A DNA stretch of 64,000 bases from an uncultured Methanosarcinales archaeon (GTDB lineage Archaea > Nanobdellota > Nanobdellia > Woesearchaeales > CAZPJY01): positions 1 to 64,000 of the forward strand of contig CAZPJY010000001.1 of NCBI GenBank assembly GCA_964587045.1, written 5' to 3'. Shown here one piece after another: positions 1 through 15,000 of this stretch (position 1 is the first letter of the stretch; each line of letters opens with the position of its first letter). The notes below the pieces were generated by a model, which was given only the letters and a program-made list of their open reading frames with translations, did no database searches and was not told the origin of the DNA. Made by a program: the position numbers and the translations under genes.

Positions 1-3000
1 TACTTCCCCCTCGTAGACACTTATGTTGTCGCGGTCTCCGGCACCCCCCAGACCTATACCCAGGACTATGCGTTGATCCAGGTCGCTGCGAACGCCGGTT
101 CCGTACACGGCGTGGTGAGAAGGCCTCCGCGTCCTGGAGAAATCGACCCAGTCGACTTAGAGGATGTCGTGGTCAGAATAGGAGACAAATCGTACCGCAC
201 TTCATATGGCGGGTACTACGAGATCACTGGATTGGACACCGACCCTGAGCAGACCGGGCAGACCCAGAGGGATTTCGTCCTCTCGGCGACCAAGCCGGGC
301 TACACTTCCAGGTCCATGGTCGTGACTGTCATCGACAGCACATGGGTGGAGCAGAACATCCTGCTGGTGCCTGACGATTACCAGTTCGTGGTCACTGTCG
401 AGAACGGCGTCGCCCAGCCGATAGGGGGTGCGCTGGTATGCATAGATACCGTCGGATGCCAGGAAACAACATCCACCGGCACCGTGACCTTCTCCAACGT
501 TCCCGGTACTGACCTGATTATCACTGCCGTCGCTGCAGGCTACGACCCGAAGACTGAGACCGTGAACGTCGCTGTTGGAGCGCACACGATAGTGCTCACA
601 TTCCTTACTGGGGCGAACATCTGCCCTGACGGGACGGTAGCGCAGTCGTGCTCGGTTGCCAACAAGCCGCTTTACTGCGACGCTTCTGGAAACTTCGAAT
701 TCGTCGACTGCGCGGAGCAGTATGTTACCCAGGCAGGCGACCCCAACCAAGGCGCGCCGTGGTGCTCTTGCCCCATCAACTACGTCTGCGAATGCCAAGA
801 CGACCCCACCACGCCTTACGTCGATGACTGCCTCACTGACGATACTGTCAGCAGCTGCAGGCTGGAGCTGGACTACACCTGCAACCCTGACTGCACCATA
901 TCGTACCTCAACGTAATGTCTGACAACATCTGCCACGCGGAATGCGGCAGCCAGAACGGATGCGACTACGCGACGCATTCAGTGCCGGGTCTGGACATAC
1001 CTGTAGAATGCGACGGCCTGCCCCGAGGCACTGTCCTGAGCTACACGGACACGAACGGCGACAGCTGGATCTTCGAGTGCTGCGAGGGCGGCCCGACCAG
1101 CGGCGTGGCTGAGATTTGCGACGATGCCCTCATGTCCGATGAGGACAACGACGGAGAGGCGAACTGTGCAGATTCAGACTGCTGGGGAAGGACCTGCGAC
1201 CAGAACTACCCAGACAAGGTCTGCAACGCCCTGACTGGCAGATGCACCTACCTGTGCCCAAACCCGTGCGATTCTGCAGGCCTCTTGTCTTATCTCAGCG
1301 GACACCCGGCCGGGCAGCAGAACTGCGAGTGCGGGAACAAGCGGGTGACCTACGATTCAGCAAGCGGAGAGATAACGGTGATGAACGGGACAGGAAGCAT
1401 AACTGTCTCACCCGACCCGAATGTCGCTGATGATGATGGGTACTGCCTGATGGTGCCAGAATACCCCTACGGCATCGTCTTCCCGACCCGCCTGGAATGT
1501 GAGAACACCTGGACCGGGACAGTCCTTCCTCCTATAGTTGGATCTGGCTGCGTCCAGCAGCAGGCGGTTGATGAATATGGGAATCTTAGGTTCCAAGCGG
1601 GTCATCCTGTGTACAAGCAGTGCACGACCTTCGGATGCGACCAGACCCAGGGAGGCGGTCCGTACAACGACCTCATCGTCGAGCGGGATTCCCTCCCGGA
1701 TTCGTGGAAGAATTACCTGTGCACGAATCAGGGATCTGATCCGAACAATTATGTCTCTTACCCGGAATCTCCGGAGCTCTACGCATGCTGCGACGTTCCT
1801 GCCACCACTTTTTGCTACGGGTGTGTGAATGGTGATGCTTACCGCTGTCCTTATACTGGGTACTCCTACCAACAGCAGAGCTGCCCAGCAGGTGAGCATT
1901 GCTGCAACGAGCCGATGTTCGAGGTGCCGCCCTGCTGGGAGTATGCAGAGAGGCCTGGCGATGCCATGCGGATAGGCGGAGATTACACATACTGGTATCT
2001 TAACACCTATCTCGCTGTCAACTATCCTTCCTACAGCGGAAGTCTGATGGGTGATGTGACCCAATGCGTGTGCGGAAGCCATGTCGAGGATTTTGTGGAC
2101 GGATACAACCATTACTGCTGCAACGGCGAGTTCGAGAGCGAAGACCAAAACGGACCGAACAGTGGTGTATCACAGATATGCGCGCTTGGCGATGTCTACC
2201 TCTACGTTAACATTCGGGGCAGCATATTACAAGGCTCAGCTGCCGAAGGAGCCAACGTCGAGCTGAAGGATGATATTAATCGGAACGGCTCTGACGGCTC
2301 TGACCCCAACTTCAGGACAGACCCTACCGCCGAGGTTGACCGCAACGGCGAGTTCGAGATGCAGAACGTTCCTGTCAGGGGCTCCCACGCGGTGTTCGTG
2401 GAGGTCAACCACGCTGCCTATGAGGTCGAGCGCTTCCCTGCCACGGCGATACCATTCGACAACGATCCGAGACATTATCCTAATCTTTCCGTACCATGCT
2501 TACCACACGGTGGATACTGCATGTATAGGGATACTGGAAACGGACAATACTATCTCGTGCTTGCCGCAATAAACCTTCAAGAGCTTCCGACTCACGAGGT
2601 GGGGGGGACTGTCGAGAGCTCCGAGGACTTAAGCCCGGTGGGCGATGCCAGCGTTGCTCTGATCTCAGGCAACCAGAGGTATGAGGCGCTGACAGAACCA
2701 ATTTCTGGCACCTTCCAGATCATGGAAGTACCTGAAGGGACATACACTCTGCAGATAACCAAGTCCGGCTACGTGCCCTACTCTCACCCGACAGACATAG
2801 TTGTCGGCGACAACATACCTGGGGTGACCTCACCTCCTTATAACCATTACCAGATAGAACCTGCGGACTGCGACCCAATAGAGAAGAGCATCCCGCAGAT
2901 AATGACATTCTCCTACGAGCTGGTCGGCGGCACGCCCACGGCAACTATGACATGGATAAACGACTGCGAAGTAGACAAGTTCTACATCATGAAATGCGTG

Positions 3001-6000
3001 ACAGAAGATCCGATAGACCCTTGCTTAGATTTTATCCCCTTGTACGAGACAGACCAGACAAGGTATGTGGATACTGATATCGAACCAGGTATGTACTATC
3101 GGTACATGGTCGCGGCAGTCTACGACTTCCCAACCGTCGGCATAGGGATCCTGCCAGAGGACCAGTGGGAGGCGCAGACGCAGCTCACCTACTTCTACTC
3201 CGGCGACAGCAAGTGCTTCAGCGGCAACCTGGTGGAATGGTGTGAGGTGCAGCCTGACGGAAGCTCGGACGTCTACATATGCAACTATGACGAGACCAGC
3301 CCCTCATACCTGCAGGCAAGAATCGATGACGACTGCGGGCAGGGCCAGTGCGTGATGTCCGGGGGGAGCGCTTCATGCGTAAGCGACAACGCGCTGATGA
3401 ACTGCGAGAGATGCGGGTTGCCTCTGGGTGTGTTCAGCTTCGCGGACGGGGTGCCGGCTGTCATCAATGGAGACAATTGCCTGAATCAAGACTTCTGCTA
3501 CTTCGACGTAACCTCTACAGCAGCCGACAGCTTCATGAACTGCACCGATGTGCGCGACTGCTACGACCTGCACTCGGAGAATGCGTGCAGCGATTTCCAG
3601 CAGTGCCTGCCATCAGAATACGGCTGCCAGTGGGACGACACCATGACCATCAGCTCGAAAGAATACCTGCTGCTCTCAGAGCTGGGCATGGGGGTGTGCC
3701 ACCCGACTGACGCGACATACCAGCGGTGCTCTGCTTGCACAGATAACTACAACTCAGCCTACCAGACCTGCACCTACACAACGTGCAAGATGTACGGCGA
3801 CTGCTTCTGCGCCCACCAGAACCCGACGACGCAGGAGTGCGACCTTTGCGTCCCGGGCGACGAGGTGGCTTGCAGCGACTACAAGACCCAGACGGACTGC
3901 GAAGGTGGGACAGGTGTCCTGATGGATGTGCAATGGCTGCCGGGCTACAGCGCAAAGCAGGACGGCACGAACGACTACATCCACATGAGCAACGACGACC
4001 TAGGCATTCACAAATGCAAGTGGGTCGTGCCTACTGGACAATACGGCCACTGCATCAAGGACGCGGACAACAACCCGGAGAACGGCAACCCATCTCAGGC
4101 TGACGACGACTGCGACAGGGGGTCGCTCATCCCAGGGATGGAATGCGTTGACGGGGACAGCCTGAACCCTTTCACAGGAATGCTCCTGCTGTCCACCTAC
4201 GGCCCGGAGCTCGACGACTCTTACCTCAGGGTGTACAAGAGCGACAACGTCTACGGGCCCGACGGTATCAAGACATGGTTTGACGTTTTCAATAACAACG
4301 CGAACGATAACTACCCAACGACTCTGCTGGACTACGGGGAGGACGTGATGCCTGCCACAATCTTTCCCACTGCTACCTACGGCGGCACTTACTACCTGTA
4401 CTACTTCTCAGAGGATTACTCCAAGAACCTGGAGGTGCTGCCTGATAGCCCCGCAGGATACCACCAGTTCTACTGGGACCCGGAGCCGCCTCAGATGGAC
4501 ATGTTCAGGGTATCGAGGGATGTCTATGAGGAAGGGGGAGCATGGTTCACGGACATCACCTACAACTTCAGGCCCACCAACCAGGAGGACTGGCTGATAT
4601 GCGAAGGCATGATGCTGGATTCCTCTGACAATGAGTGGGTGCCGCTCGAAAACGAGCTGACCTTCTTCGACCACAGGTGCAGGTACGGCCTGGCGACGCT
4701 GCCAACGCTCCCTGACGGGTGCGATGCGCTGCACACGACAGCAACCCTTTTACACCCCTACGATCTGAACTGGACGCTCACATTCCAGCACCTGCCTGAC
4801 AACAGCTACAGGTGGGTGTACACATGCTATGACAGGGCCAGGAACATGGTTGAGGGTGTGGAGCCACTGACCATCTCCGCCAACCTGGAGATGTTCTATC
4901 TGCTCCCTACAGTCCTTCCGAACAACCCATCCATCATCACAGGAACAGTAAACAACACCTGGACCGGCCTGGTCGACTCAGGCATTGTCAACATGACGAT
5001 GCGGACCATCGAGGAGGCCACCTGCAGGCTGGACCTGCGCAACCTGGTGAGGAACGGTGACTTCGAGGACTGGTCTTCACCTACGTCAGCCACTCATTGG
5101 TCTGGAATCTCTACAGGAGCGACAGTTAGCCGTGTGACAGACACCATGCAGGGTGGGAGCTACTCGCTGAGGTTCCACCCATCCGGCATGGACACGGGTG
5201 TGGAGGCATGGATAGGCACTTACAACGGGTGGGGATCTGACATGATACCCGGAGCCAATTACACGTTGAGGTTCAAGGCGAAGGCTTCGGTGGATGGCGC
5301 GCCCCTCGACGTCATAGTGCAGGGAGCTGCAGCACCCCAGACCTTCTCATACGTGCTTGAGGACCACTGGAAGCAGTTCACCGTGTCGTTCCTCGGCAAC
5401 TCCGGAGAGGCGTTCGTGCTGAGATTCTTCTCCGCGGATGGCGTAAGCGACATAACACTAGACGGCGTGGAGCTCCGCCTCACCGAAGGCATACCGTACA
5501 GCGACATGGCCGTCACATTCCCGGTGAGAAGGGAGATAGCGCAAGGCACGCACATAGAGCCGGACTGCGAGTTCTGCGACCAGCAGCACTGGTACTACCA
5601 GTACGACTTCGACGCTGCGGACTTCCTGTCTGACATGGGACTGCACAACGTGCAGTGGGACCACTACCACTACTACTTCGACATCAAGTGCGAGATGGCC
5701 GAAACGGGCGACATCATGGAGAACGTCCAGACCAACTACTACGATTTCACGATCGACGCCCGCCCGCCCAGGACCACCCTGCTCAACTACGACCTAACTC
5801 CATTCGACCTTTCGGAATGGAGACGGCCGACGTCCCTGACCTTCTACCTCACCTGCGACGAGGACAAGATAAGGACGCACGACCTGGTCACAGACGACGG
5901 ACAGATCATACCAGACCCTCTCGCAGACGAGTTCGGCTGCAAGGGGATCTACTCCTGCGAAGGGCTGGGCTGCCAGGTGGACCTGTCAGCAACTCCGTGC

Positions 6001-9000
6001 CAGCCCAGGCTGTACGGCCCCAACTCCTCGGGACATTACATCGTTGGTGGGAGAAACCAGGTGAACGGAGGCGCCTGCGCATTCATCCCTAACCCGAACT
6101 ACCCTTCATACATCTCTTGGAGGGTGCTGGACTACGGCAACAATGTCGGCGGGACAGACATGAACAACATACTGTTCAAGATCGACAGCACGCCGCCGGT
6201 CATAGTTTACCCATCAGTGGCATGGGGGCCCAACCTGACTTCAGCCAGGTACGTCGACATACAGGGCAGCGTAGTCGACTACCCTTACTACAGCGATTTC
6301 AATGCTCCGGCGAGATCTGAGGAATCGATAGAGTTCCTGCCGCCGAGGTTCCTGCTCAGGTTCTGGATGACGTACGAGCACACAGGCATGCAGAACAGCT
6401 TCGCTTTCACCTTCAGGGGAGATGACCAGCAGGACCCGGACTACCTGGGCCTGCGCTTCTTCCCGGAAAGCAACACCATACACCTGTTCAACAGCCAGGC
6501 CACGCCGCTCGCCAACATTGGTTACCCGCTTGCTGACAACGGAGCCTACTGGGTGGAGATAGGGTTCGACAACGACACAGGGGTCTACACCCTCAGGCTT
6601 AACAGCACCGAGGTCCTCACCTGGACAGACACTCCAGGAACATATGACTACCTGAAGCTCAACGCGCCCGGAGGAGTTTACGATGTCGACGGCATCGAGA
6701 GCTACACTGTCACCAGGAGCTACCTGACGGTCGACGTGCCTGGAGAGCAGATGGCGTCAGGCCCTGACATGGTCTGGGCTATATCAGGCGCGACCAGGAC
6801 GTACGCGGACGTGAGGCCTGACGGGACCTTCACAATCATAGGTGTCCCTCTGACTAACGAGGGGGACAACATCCTACACCTCGAGGCCAACGACACCGTC
6901 CGGCCCAGCGGCAACATATTCTACGACTACCCACAGATCGTGATCAGGAGGGACACCACGCCTCCGACATACGGCACCAACGGGAACCTCCTCACAGGCG
7001 TGTACGGCCTCTACGTCGGGACCGACGGGACCTTCGCCCACCAGGAGCAGTACCCCTTCAGCGGCACCGGCACTATCCAGCTAGAGTACGGCAATGACAC
7101 GACTTTCAATGTTACGATAAACGACGAGGCCTTCACAGCGGCATCGCCTGAAGGCCAGGTGAACAACGTGTGGATGGAGCTCAGGAGCGAGCATGGGGGG
7201 ACGACCAATCTGCTCCGCAATCCCGACTTCGAGCTTTACGACCCGACCAGGAATTCGTTCTTCGGCTGGTCTGTAGAGCTGGTGCAGGACGCCGCCAACG
7301 CCGGCAACGAGCTGTCCTACAGCCAATCCCCTGTCTTCTACACCATGGGGCACTCTCTCGGATTCACAGGGTTTGCCAACGACCAGGTCTTCCTCAAGAC
7401 CGGATCAGAGCCGGTGCAGAACAGCCTGAGGTACTTCATCCCGGTAGATGACACCATGAACTACAACTTCAGCCTGCTCGCCATGGCAGCGTCGGGAAGC
7501 GCTGATGTGAACGTCGGAGTGACCTTCCTGGACGGTAGCTTCCAGGAGCTCGCCCTGCCATACATCTATACGGGCCAGACCGGGGCGTACGGAACAGACC
7601 ACACCCATTACTTCTTCCCGTCAGAGGCTGTCACACCAGCATGGGGCCTGCACGACTTCATCATATACGCGTCGCCCACGGCTGTCGCGACCAACCAGCT
7701 CAAGTTCCCTGACAACACCCAGTACGTGACGTTCATCATAAGGTTCGATATAAGAACTAACGATACGGTCGGACACCTGGACACGGTCTCGCTGAGCCCG
7801 ATGGTCGGACTGTTGCCATACTACTCCTACAACGGCATCTTCAACATGCAAAGGACCGTCATCGACGGCACGGAGATCCAGACCAACTTCTACTACAACC
7901 AGTCCCTGACCCCAGACCCCGACCCGCCGTTCTTCTTCGAGAACCTGGCTGTCGGGACGTACAGCCTGGACATCTACGCAACAGACAGGCTGGGCAATGT
8001 GGGTTCGGTAACCAAGGCGGTCGAGGTCGTAGACACCAGGCCGCCGGTCGCAACTTCGACATTGACCTTCCCAGGAGGATATCCGCAGAGCCTGATAGAC
8101 GAGCGCGTGCTGGTGAGGCAGAACAACGGCCAGAACATGTCATACGGCCTCGCTCTCGACTTCGACGAGCCGATGCTGCACGAGCCCATAAGCATAAGGC
8201 TCACCAAGGTTGGCAGGGGCGCCCTGACCACGTACATGAACGGCACCGGCGCGACCATCAACACCCCTCCGGACAACACAGCCAAGTACAGCTCGTTCGA
8301 CCGGACGTTCACCCTGGTCGACGGGGACATCGCAAGCTTCTTCGCAGAGTTTGAGGGCAACGTGACGCTCCACACAGCCGAGCCCGACTTCAACAGCGTG
8401 GCGCACCCATCATCACAGGTAATCGGCTGGTTCTACATAGATGCCCTCGCTCCCGCCGCACCGGACCTTTTCTCTCCTGTCGAGAAGATAGGGGGCAAGA
8501 GACGAGCCGGCACAGGGTCCCAAGTCATATACACGAGGAACGCGGACCTGAGCATCTACGGCTTCGAGCAGAGGGACACATCACCAACCCCCTATGAGGA
8601 CACTATCCTCCTGAAGGTCACAGATGAGAGCATCAACAGCATGTTCGAGGCAGGAGAAATGACTGCAGTGGAGCTCATGCAGTACAATTCCTGGAGCCTC
8701 GAGGAGTCTGCCATCTCCTCCCCTGCCCCTATCGAGGATCCGGTGCCCGGAGTGATATTCGACCAGATGCAGGCCATGGCCTACAACGGCTCCACATCGG
8801 TCTACATACAGAACATGGACCCGAACGTGTTCTCAGACCTGTCAGGATACGTACGCTTCGGGGGTCACGAGCGTGAGAACGGCGCGTATTACAGGCTGTC
8901 AGACTGGAGCGAGAGCCTGGCAGGAAACCCTGTTTACGAGACGGTCTCCTTCGAGCCCGGACTCGAGGACAACCTGGAAGCGGGTACCGACCTGTACTGG

Positions 9001-12000
9001 GTGAGCGGGCCGACACCGGGCGGCTGGTTCAGCATCAACCTGACCATGCCCAGCACGGGGATACACTATATCTACCTGTATGCCCAGGACGACCATTTCA
9101 ACATCAACAGGCTTTGGTTTAACGAGATCAAGGTGGTTTACGACACCACACCTCCCGAGACCATCACCGAACGCACCCCGGGGGACAGGCAGGTCGTAAC
9201 GTCGCTTCCGCCGGTGTCCTTCCTGGTGAACGACTCCGAGTCTGGGATAGACATGGGAAGCCTGAGGCTCGTCGTGGACTACCCCAACGGTTTGCGCGTC
9301 GGCTTCCAGGGCAGCAACCTTTCCTGCACCGCTTTCGGAGAGAACGCATGCAGGGTGACCAAGGCCCTCCCAAGCCCGGTCTTCGGGACATATGCGATGT
9401 GGCTCAACGTTTCCGACAGGGCGGGCAACTACAGGATATTCACATGGGACTTCGGGTACAGCACGAACACGGTCGGGAGCGCGGTGATAAGGACGCCCGT
9501 TAGCTATTCCACCGGCAGCTGCGGTGACGGCCAGAAGCACTATTTCGACAGCACGGACTTCACCTTCAATCTGGTGTTCAACAGCACTGCCGACAACGAC
9601 GACCGCGTCAACATCATGCCCTCAAGCCACGTCGAGAACGCTTCGGTGCCGGATCTGGGACGCACCCTGACCTTCACCCCCGACGGCGGGGACGGCAACC
9701 ACACCTTCGCGGTGACCTCGAATAGGGATTGGCTCTCAGAGTACGACAGCTACATGCTCATAGTGTGGGCCAACAAGACCTATTACAACGGCAGCTTCTC
9801 CCTGGCGACCTATTACAGGTACTGCCTCGAGGCTGACGTGGACGAGCCCACCATAACCTTCGATGCCTGGCCCTACTCCAACAGGACCCTGATCGAGCTG
9901 GAGGGCAACGTGGAAGACGGCGGCTACGGCAGCTCCAGCAACATTGACAACATGACCCTGTACAACTACGACCAGGCAGGCATGCGGCTACGCATTATGT
10001 CGTTCGACCGTGGCGACCTGGCAGCACACGGCGACTTCAGAGAAGAGGTGAACATCACCCCGTTGACATGGCTCGAAGAGGGCCCGAGGACGATAACCGC
10101 GGTGGCGTACGACCAGGCAGGCAACAGCAACGAAACAGATATCACCATATTGTACGATTACACGCAGCCGCAGGCGAGCCACTCATCGGTGCCGCTCTTC
10201 TGGATCGACTCCAGCTGGGGCATCGACGAGGAGAACCCCTTCGTCGTCACGTTCGGGTTCAACGACTCAGACACCAACCCCGCAAACGGCCTGGCGGAAT
10301 CTGGAATCAACATGTCATGGTACTGCGAATCCGACGGTTGCGACCCAGCGCGCGGGGATGAGTTCGAGCCCATACCGATAGTGGTGGGCCAGAGCTACTC
10401 CGACCAGACCGCAACATACAGTCTGCCTCTGGATTGGAGCACGCTGAACAACAGGCAGTACTACAACATCGACCTGACAGCAAGCCCGATAGCTCTCAGG
10501 GACACCGCGCTTACAGGATACATCCGCTTCGACATCCCGATGGCAGACGTCGAGGATTACCATTCAGTATCCTTCAACTCCCAGGCGAACGGCGGCTCCC
10601 TAGCGTACAGATACTGGGACGGCAGCAGCTTCGTTGACATGACAGACATGGGAGGGGGCGTGTACGCGCTATCAGGCCAGACCGCGCGCATAGAGGTGGC
10701 ATTCAGCAGAGTTAACCTGACTGATATAAGCCCCACCCTGACATCTTTCACGGTCGACGCGAACGTCACGACGTACCAGTACCAGTACGACTACGCGCTC
10801 GAGTTCCCGTCGGACACCGACACGCTGATAAGGTACAGGACTATGGACAACGCCGGGAACCTCAACCCCATCCAGGAGTTCAGGGTTATGATAGACCTGA
10901 CCCCTCCTGTGTTCACGTACAGCCTTAACACCGGAACTGGTTCGTACGCCAACGGCAGCTGGACCAACCAAAACGTCTCGATAACTTTGGGGACCTCAAA
11001 CGATCCTCCTGTCGGCGGCGTGGCTTCGGGCATGAGCTGGCTGAACTACTGTCTCGGAGCAGGATGCGACGTATCATCAGGCACGCCTTTCACCAGTCCG
11101 ATCGTCTTGGACACGGCAGGTACGGATACGGTCACCATCCAGGCACAGGACGAGGCCGGAAACCCGAGCGCCCCGGTGGTGATAGTGGTAAGGCAGGACT
11201 TCTCCCAGCCTTCATCGGGGACGGTGACTGTGACGACGCAGAGCGGCACCGGCGTCATCAACCGCATCGGCGCCCTGGATTACTGGATATCGTCCGAAGG
11301 CGAAGTCAGGTTCGTCGGAGACTACACCGAAAGCAACGTCGATGACATAACCCTGTCAGGAATCAGCGGTGGCGAGATCGACCATGACGCTTCCCAGTTC
11401 TTCGGCAACTTCACGGCAAGGGGAGGGAACAACACATTCACCATCACCATAACCGACCTGGCTGGGAACAGCTACAGCGGCGACTACACCGTCTATTTCG
11501 ACGATTATGATCCTGTGATCAACTTTACCGGCATCAGCCCGGGCAGCCTGGAGGGCACTTGGGCCTTCACAAGCGACCCGCAGGCGACAGTGACCCTGAC
11601 GACCGACGAGGACACCTGGTGCGAAATATACAACAGCGTAACGCCTATCGAGAGGTCGGACATGACCGGTGACGGCTCAAGGACGCACTCGTTCACATTC
11701 GGTGCCGCTACGCCACTCGGAGCGCTTAACGAGGAGAGGACCGTGTCTAGCGAGAGGTACACTTTCGAATGCGCAGACGGGTACGAGAACGTCGCCACGA
11801 TGCAGTTCTCGGTGACTGTCGACGTGACAGACCCGCTCGTCTCCCTGGACCTCACCAACCCGTCCAACTATCCGGCCCAGACCGAGATACAGTACATACA
11901 GTCGGACAACCTGCTGACCATAGTGGAGGTCGAGACCTCCAACCCCCCGCTTTACACTATTGATGACACATCAGAGACCGAATGCAAGATATTCATCGAC

Positions 12001-15000
12001 AACTCCGCCGGAGCAGCGTCGCCGGCAGGATGGGACGATACATCCTACCTTATGATAGGGGACGGATTCGACACGTCCCATTCATTCATGGTCAACCTGA
12101 CCTGGATGGGCGACATGTGGGGGACCGACCTGGACGGAAACTACACGGCTTGGGTGCTGTGCAGGGACCGCGCAGGCAACGAGGCCAACGCCACTCCGAT
12201 GCAGTTCTCGGCCGACCTGTCGATGCTGGTGGTATGGCCTGACTTCAACAACGGCTCGATATTCTATGACAACAGATCGGTGACGCTCACAGTCAACACC
12301 AACAAGGTCTCGACCTGCAGGCTGGAATGCGTGACGTGCTACGGCGTGCAGATGCCTAACGTGGCAGGCGGCACAACGGCGCACGACTTCGACATGGTTC
12401 CGATGCCTGACGGGACCTACACGCTGAGGGCGGTCTGCACGACCGATCAGCCTCCTGCCCTCGCCAACATGACCGTCTTCAGCTTCATAGTCGACGATAC
12501 CCCTCCAACCAGGATAACGCTGACATCATCTACTTCCAGGAACGGCTGGAACACCACAGGGGACGAACCGACATTCAACTGGGACTACCAGGACAACACG
12601 TGGGTGGAGGAGTTCAGGTACAGCCTGAGGGACTCGAGCGGGAACTTCGTGACTTCGACAGGCTCAATCAACGACTCGATACCCTATTATTATCAGGGCA
12701 CAACCTCAACGCCTGACGAGACAGGGGCCCAGGACTACACAGGCCTGGCAGACGGGTCGTACATGTTCACCATAGAGGCCCGGGACGGCAATGGTCAAGA
12801 CGAGTGGAGTGTCGCGGAGAACTACGACTTCGGGATCGACCAGACGCCTCTCGACATAACCATCACCTATCCCGAAGACGGCATGAGGTACCAGACAGTG
12901 GAGTACATCGAGGCCGAGGTATCGGACCCCAACCTGCCGGGAACAGTCTCTTCAGTGAATGTCTGGTACGACAGCCAGTGGCATGCCATGACCAGCACAG
13001 GAGGCAACAGGTACAGGTGGGAAAACAACTTCACAAGCAACGTGGACTTCAACCTGCAGGTGAACGCAGAGGACCTGGCGGGTCACATATCGACTGCCAA
13101 TGTGTCCTTCGGCACTGACACGGCCAGCCCGGCCTTCACGTTCTCAAGCCCGGCAGCGCTGACCATAGCCCATCCAAGGGATGTGATGACGATAACAGCG
13201 CAGGAGCAGCTGAGCAGGCCTGCCACCATACGCCTGGATGGCGGGTGCGCCACGCTCACCCTCTTTGACGTCACAGGCGAGGTTTACACCTACAACATCA
13301 CGGCGCGCGCCAACACGGACTACTGCGAATACACGGTCACTGCTACCGGAATCGACCTGGCAGGCAACACAGGAACGTCAACCTCTGGCGTATTGGCTGT
13401 GGACACTAGGCCTCCGTCAGAGCCTGAGCTTTGGACCCCGCACAACCTGTATTCGGATTCGGCTTCATACATAATATACGGGCGCCATGAAGATGAGGGC
13501 GGACTCGCCTACACGATACGCATAGCAAACGAGACCAGCCCGGTCTTCGCCTACCAGACAGCCGCAGGAGGTCCGGCGACCGCACCTGCGCAGGCGCAGT
13601 ACAACATGCTGGTATCCTCGAATGCAGGGACAGGCACCATATACCTGTCCGGAGCGGCCCCGGTAACCACTGCCCAGTACGCGGGCTTCAACCACGATCC
13701 CGACTACTTCAGGCGGTATAGTGTGACAGGGGTCTCAATGACAGGCCCAGACACTGTTGTGACCATAAACCCATCCCTTGTGGAAGACGAGTCAGGACCT
13801 CTCTACGTTTACGCTGACCAGTACCCGACAGGGTGGTTCGACACCACGCTTGCCCTATCTGAAGGTGTCAACAGGATATATGTTCGGTCCACAGACTCGT
13901 ACGGGAACCTGGGGGTGGAGCCATCCAGTCCGCAGCTCACCATCACCGTTGATACTGGAGATCCACAAATCAGCGGAACCCAGCCTTCAGGGGTGCTGAA
14001 CGACAACATGACAGATGTCTCTGCAGTGCTGCTCGACAACGTCGGAGGAGTCGGGATCGAACCGAGCACCATCAGGATGGACATAGCAAGCTCAGGTGCC
14101 GACGACATGAACAACCTGACGATTGCCGGAGGCCAGCTGACCTACAGCGCCCCATCAGGGCTGGTGAGATTCGACATCAGCAGCATGGCTGGGGCCTACC
14201 AAGACGGCAACACCTACAGCGTGACCCTGACAGGGGAGGACAGGGCGGGCAACGGTGTCAATGCCGACTGGCAGTTCAGCATCGACCTGAACGTCCCCGC
14301 CTACCCTGACGCCGCTATCACAAACCAGGTATCAGTGGATACCTCAGTCGTAAACGACTACAGATACTTCACCGACACGAACGAGACGGAGGTGACGTTC
14401 ACCTTCCCGGATCCAAACGACCAGCTCTTCAGGGTGGACGTCGACGGCTCTGAGGAAGCTTCGGCTCTCGCGGACATACTGGCGGATGGCACTTATTCGT
14501 CATCATGGGGCTACGGGTCGCACACGCTGCTGCTGCACATGAACAAGAGGCTTGACGCCGCTCACAATTCGTCTGATGTGGCCTACAGGTACACGGTAGT
14601 CATCGACGACATAGCTCCGTCTGGCATAACAGTAACGTCGGTGGCGTACACTCCTGAGAGTGAGATACTCGTGACAGGCAGCTTCGTCGAGGACAACGTC
14701 CAGGATATCACCATATCAGGAATGGTGGACTCAAGCCCCATCGATCTCGGGCCGACGCAGTTCAACGGCAACGCCTTCAGCCTCCACCTGAACCTATCGA
14801 CCGCAAACGCAAACAACACCTTCACAGCCACGGTGACCGACTGGGTTGGCCACTCCAGCCAGGCGTCGGGCTGGACGGTATATGACACGACTCCGCCGAG
14901 CATCGATATAACTTCGGTGGTATCGACCGACGGCGCTGATACTGACATGCTGTCTGATGACGTGTACGCGACTGCTGCGGGTCAGGTGAACGTGTCTGGC

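Noticed and set aside
73..75. TTG start of protein A
   Set aside because: The frame is open from base 1, there is no signal peptide, and the sequence begins mid-domain.
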